Below, piece by piece: positions 22,822 through 26,556 of a DNA stretch of 26,556 nucleotides (the first letter of the stretch is position 1; the number at the start of each line of letters is the position of its first letter). The stretch is from positions 1 to 26,556 of the forward strand of contig NW_021836079.1 in the NCBI RefSeq assembly GCF_006345805.1. The letters are read 5' to 3'. Below the pieces are notes generated by a model. It saw only the letters and a program-made list of their open reading frames with translations. It was not told where the DNA came from and did no database searches. Origin of the DNA: Octopus sinensis (taxonomy: Eukaryota). Position numbers and translations under genes: made by a program.

Positions 22822-23164
22822 GATTAAATAATTAAATTTAGAAAAATTAGAAGAAAAGTTTTTTTAAAAGAATATTTCTATAGTAGTGTTCAGATTTAAG
22901 TGGCATTCTGCCTTTCTCTGACTCCCTTGTTTGCACTTGTGTGTTCGAGGTAGTTGTGAGTTCTTGGTAGGGTAGTAGAGGGAAGGCTGGTGAGGAAAGG
23001 GGGTGGGAGAATCTGGGAGTGCCTGATGGTCGTATTTTGAATGGTCAGTGGCGGCTGGCAGTCTCAGTTCAATTCAGGAGATATTTATATTGACAGGCTT
23101 GTTTATAGAATTAGCGTAGGTGTTATACTAAAAAACATTAGTGACAAACTTAAGGGGTAGGGGG

Positions 23165-23415
23165 TGAGAAGAAGAAGAAGAAGAGAAGAAGAAGAAGAAG
23201 AAGAAGAAGAAGAAGGAGAAGGAGAAGATGACGATGATGGTGATGGTGGTGATGATTATGACGACGATGATGATGATAACGATGATGATGAAGAAGAAGA
23301 AGAAGAAGGAGGAGAAGGAGAAGATGGTGGTGATGATGGTGGCGATGATGATGATGCCGATGATGATGATAACGATGATGATGAAGAAGAAGAGGAAGAA
23401 GAAGAAGAAGAAAAA
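23165..23415. repeat. (GAA)n/(GAT)n compound microsatellite with a duplicated higher-order unit, inside the Penelope 3' region
   Basis: The block ggagaaggagaagatg...gatgatgataacgatgatgatgaagaagaa occurs twice. Confidence 0.9.
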
Positions 23416-25091
23416 ACACAGAGAAGGGAGAATATGAATGGGTGTAAATATAGCTATGAAGGGGCTGATAGTAATGGATTCTATGGAGTGTAGTATTTGT
23501 GTGTGTATATATATTTTTTCTTTTATTCTAAAGTTGAGGTATATTAATTGTTTGTGGTAGACCCGTAAGAAGTGGCTTGTATTTTGTAATAAAGAGATTT
23601 TCTTTACTTATTCGTTGTCTCGAGGTTGTATCGTCCCTAAATTGGTAGAGGGGGAAAATTCTGAAGTTTGGTGTTTTTTTGTTGGCGCAAGTATCTATGT
23701 GTTGGCTAAAAGCTATTTTTCTGTTTTGGGGAATTTTTATCTGGGATCTGTGCAGGGCCATTCGTTTACGCAAACCATTTTTGTTGGCCTATGTACTGCT
23801 CTTGACACCGGAGCAGGTTAGTTAGTATATAGGTTCTCCGAAGCACATGTGAAGTTGCTTTTCACTGTAAAACGTTGTCCCTGTTTGAAGGAGAACTCAG
23901 AACCCTCGATTAGATAGTCGCATATCCCGCAATTGGGTCTTCCACATTTTTTACTGTCGGCTTCTGTGTTGAAGAGTGAATTCGGGCTTGTGTAAGGAGA
24001 CTTTTCATGGATCTAGGCTGTCTTTTGCTTTTTATGATCGTGTGTGTGTGTTTGGAGGATTGTGTTCATTCTGTGGTCTTTTTTAGGAGGGGTATGTTGT
24101 GGGATGGTGTCGAAGGCTTCGTTATTGAGAGGGTGTGTGTGGAGATGTATGGTAAGGCTTTTGGTTGTAAGTTTTTTCTTTGATTTGGGATGTCTCAGTT
24201 CCTTGATGTTAAGTTGAAGGGCACGTTGAATGCATTTGTCAATAAGTGAAGGTGGATAGTTCCTGGTGATTAGGGTATCTTTTAGTTCTTGTAGTCGGTG
24301 TGTCTCTGGTGTTTGCGTTAGAGACTATAGTGCATATCCTTTTTGCTAGATTGAAGGGGATATTCATCCTGGTGTGTGTGTCTGGGTGCATGAATTGAAT
24401 GGAAGATATTGCTTAGAGTCTGTAGGCTTATAGTATATGTCTGTTTCTATTATATTATTAGCTTTCTTAATGAGGATATCGAGGAAGGGGAGTTGTTGTT
24501 GGCTATATTCCATCGTGAATTGGATGTTTACGTCCAGTCCGTTTAAAATTTTCTGGAATTCTATGAGTTTTTCTATATTTTTATGCCAAAGGATGAAAAC
24601 AGTCATCTAGATATCTCTTCGAGTTGTTTTCTATGTAGATGGAGAAAGGGCTGCCATATCTTTCTAGAACCTTACGATACAGACTGATCTCTAGGTATCC
24701 TATGACTAGGTTGGCAAAGGAGGGGGCCATTCGTGTACCCATCGCAGTCCCCGATTTTTGTCGGTAGAAGTTGTCATTGAAGGCGAAGAAGTATTTTCCA
24801 GGATGATAATTTAACCCCTTCTATCACAAATTCTTTTTTGATGCGCTGGGTGGTAGTCGTTGGCGTGATTTCTCTAGCCAGAATTGGATTGCCTCTAGTC
24901 CTAGGTTGTGGGGGATATGGAGTAGTTGAGGTGACTACTCGAAGGATACCAGTATGGTGTTTTGGTTTATAGTATTCGGTAGGTGATTGAGCATATCTAA
25001 GTCGTCCCTTATAAGATTTTGACATGTTTGAGGAGTGGTTTAAACAGGGTGTCTAAAAAGTTACTGAGGCGGTGGGTTTTCGCATATATAT

Positions 25092-25159
<68 letters not shown>

Positions 25160-25184
25160 TATATATAAATAAATATATATATAT

Positions 25185-25587
25185 AGGGCAGCGAGCTGGC
25201 AGAAATGTTAGCACGACGGGCGAAATGCATAGCCGTATTTCGTCTGAGTTCAAATTCCGCCGGGGTCGACTTTGCTTTTCATCTTTTCGGGGTCGATAAA
25301 TTAAGTACCAATTACGCACTGGGGTTGATATAATCGACTTAATCCGCCTGTCTGTCCTTGTTTGTCCCCTCTGTGTTTAGCCTCTTGTGTGTAGTAAAGA
25401 AATAGGTATTTCGTCTGCCGTTACGTTCTGAGTTCAAATTCCGCCGAGGTCAACTTTGCCTTTCATCCTTTCGGGGTCGATAAATTAAGTACCTTTTACG
25501 CACTGGGGTCGATGTAATCGACTTAATTCCTTTGTCTGTCCCTGTTTGTCCTCTCTATGTTTAGCCCCTTGTGGGCAATAAAGAAAC

Positions 25588-25590
<3 letters not shown>
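25185..25590 (+). mobile_element. SINE family B with a tandemly repeated body (head-body-body)
   Basis: First unit 25185-25405; the second body restarts at gtatttcgtctgccgttacgttctgag (25406) and ends gcaataaagaaacag. Confidence 0.88.
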
Positions 25591-25621
<31 letters not shown>

Positions 25622-25954
25622 GTGTGTAGATGTGTGTGTGTGTGTGTGTGTGCGTGCGCGCGTGTGCAGTGGTCTCACCACGCTACATTGCATGTGTACA
25701 CATTAGTTGAAAAACAAACATTTTACACTCTTTCATCAATTTATGAAAAATTAAAAATATACAAATAAATCAAGCAAATAAATAAATAAATAGCAAGAAT
25801 TTAGAGATGAAAGGTATTTGCTCTCCGGCTCTCCGGCAGAGAAATATTAATAAATACGTGTAAAAATAATCTTGTTTGTTATTATTTTTACTACTCACTG
25901 CGAACCGAAACTATATCAACCATTGCGGCTGCTTTGATTTTGCTACAACTTGTA

Positions 25955-26146
25955 TTTAGTTTATTATATTATTATTATTATCATCATTATATAATTATTA
26001 TTATTATTATATTATTAGTATTTTATTATTATTATTATTATTATTATCATCATCATCATTATGATTATTATTATTACTATTAATTATTATTATTATATTA
26101 TTATTATTATCATCATCATCATTATTATTATTTATTATTATTATAC

Positions 26147-26181
<35 letters not shown>

Positions 26182-26275
26182 TATTATTATTATATTTATT
26201 ATTATTATTATTATTAATATATTTATTATCATTATTTATTATTATTATTTTGTTATTATTATTATTATTTTGTTC
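25955..26275. repeat. (TTA)n compound microsatellite
   Basis: Direct reading. Confidence 0.9.
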
Positions 26276-26402
26276 TGCAATAATAAAATGTTGTTTGTTT
26301 GTTTGTTTGTATTTTGTGTTTGTTTTATATATTATTTGTTTGCTTATTTTTTGATTTTCGTGTTTGTTTGTTTGTTTTTTTTTGTTTTTTTCTTCTCTGC
26401 AG

Positions 26403-26516
26403 ATTTCTTTGTGAGGTGCACATGTGAAATGCATTCGAGCAAAAATTTACTGGAGAAACTAAATAGAAGTAAACATATTTATATCTGTTTTGACAAGACA
26501 GACATAGCCAACGGTG
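26403..26516 (+). CDS. Candidate internal coding exon of an unidentified host gene (phase 1-1, 114 nt)
   Basis: Strong acceptor ttttttcttctctgcAG (26401-26402) and donor G|GTGAGT (26517). One open frame: xFFVRCTCEMHSSKNLLEKLNRSKHIYICFDKTDIANG. The protein is not recognised. Confidence 0.4.
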
Positions 26517-26556
26517 GTGAGTCTTTGACAGCTGTCCAAAGTGAGTAGTGAAGCGA

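Larger units (their letters stand above)
22727..25084 (-). mobile_element. Penelope-like retroelement (Penelope/Poseidon type; RT + GIY-YIG), 5'-truncated and frameshifted
   Basis: Minus-strand motifs HRLSNFLDTLFKPLLKHVK, GTAMGTRMAP (about 24722-24753), RYLDD (about 24602-24618), FQKILNGLDVNIQFTMEY...LPFLDILI...TDIYYKPTDSKQYL, CGRPNCGICDYL linker (about 23910-23946), and GIY-YIG FTCASENL-Y...EQYIG..LRKRMALHRSQI ending at stop 23528. (TA)n on both flanks. Confidence 0.92.

Noticed and set aside
23164-23493. Acidic poly-E/D ORF
   Set aside because: (GAA)/(GAT) microsatellite, antisense within the Penelope 3' region, with a non-ATG start.

Overview
AT-rich, microsatellite-dense metazoan genomic DNA, most likely octopus/cephalopod (inferred from the SINE families and repeat landscape). 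It is essentially intronic or intergenic. No complete host gene is visible, and nearly all ORFs in the supplied track are microsatellite translations. Recognisable content: (i) a cluster of four minus-strand R4/Dong-clade non-LTR retrotransposon pieces embedded in (TAA)n (about 9.6-15.7 kb), one covering RT plus the REL endonuclease; (ii) a tandem duplication inside that cluster whose middle copy looks like a recombinant, with a crossover window of about 13 bp; (iii) a 5'-truncated, frameshifted Penelope-like element (RT plus GIY-YIG, minus strand, about 22.7-25.1 kb) with a minimal hammerhead-ribozyme motif carrying a U3-A8 core swap in its 3' terminal region; (iv) immediately beside it, a 404-bp fold-back palindrome carrying two inverted copies of a second, canonical-core hammerhead motif with a long stem II; (v) two tRNA-derived SINE families, CR1- and RTE-like LINE scraps, a hairpin MITE and a HINE/DINE-1-like element; (vi) one plausible plus-strand host exon at the far end. 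All calls were made by eye; no searches or folding programs were run.
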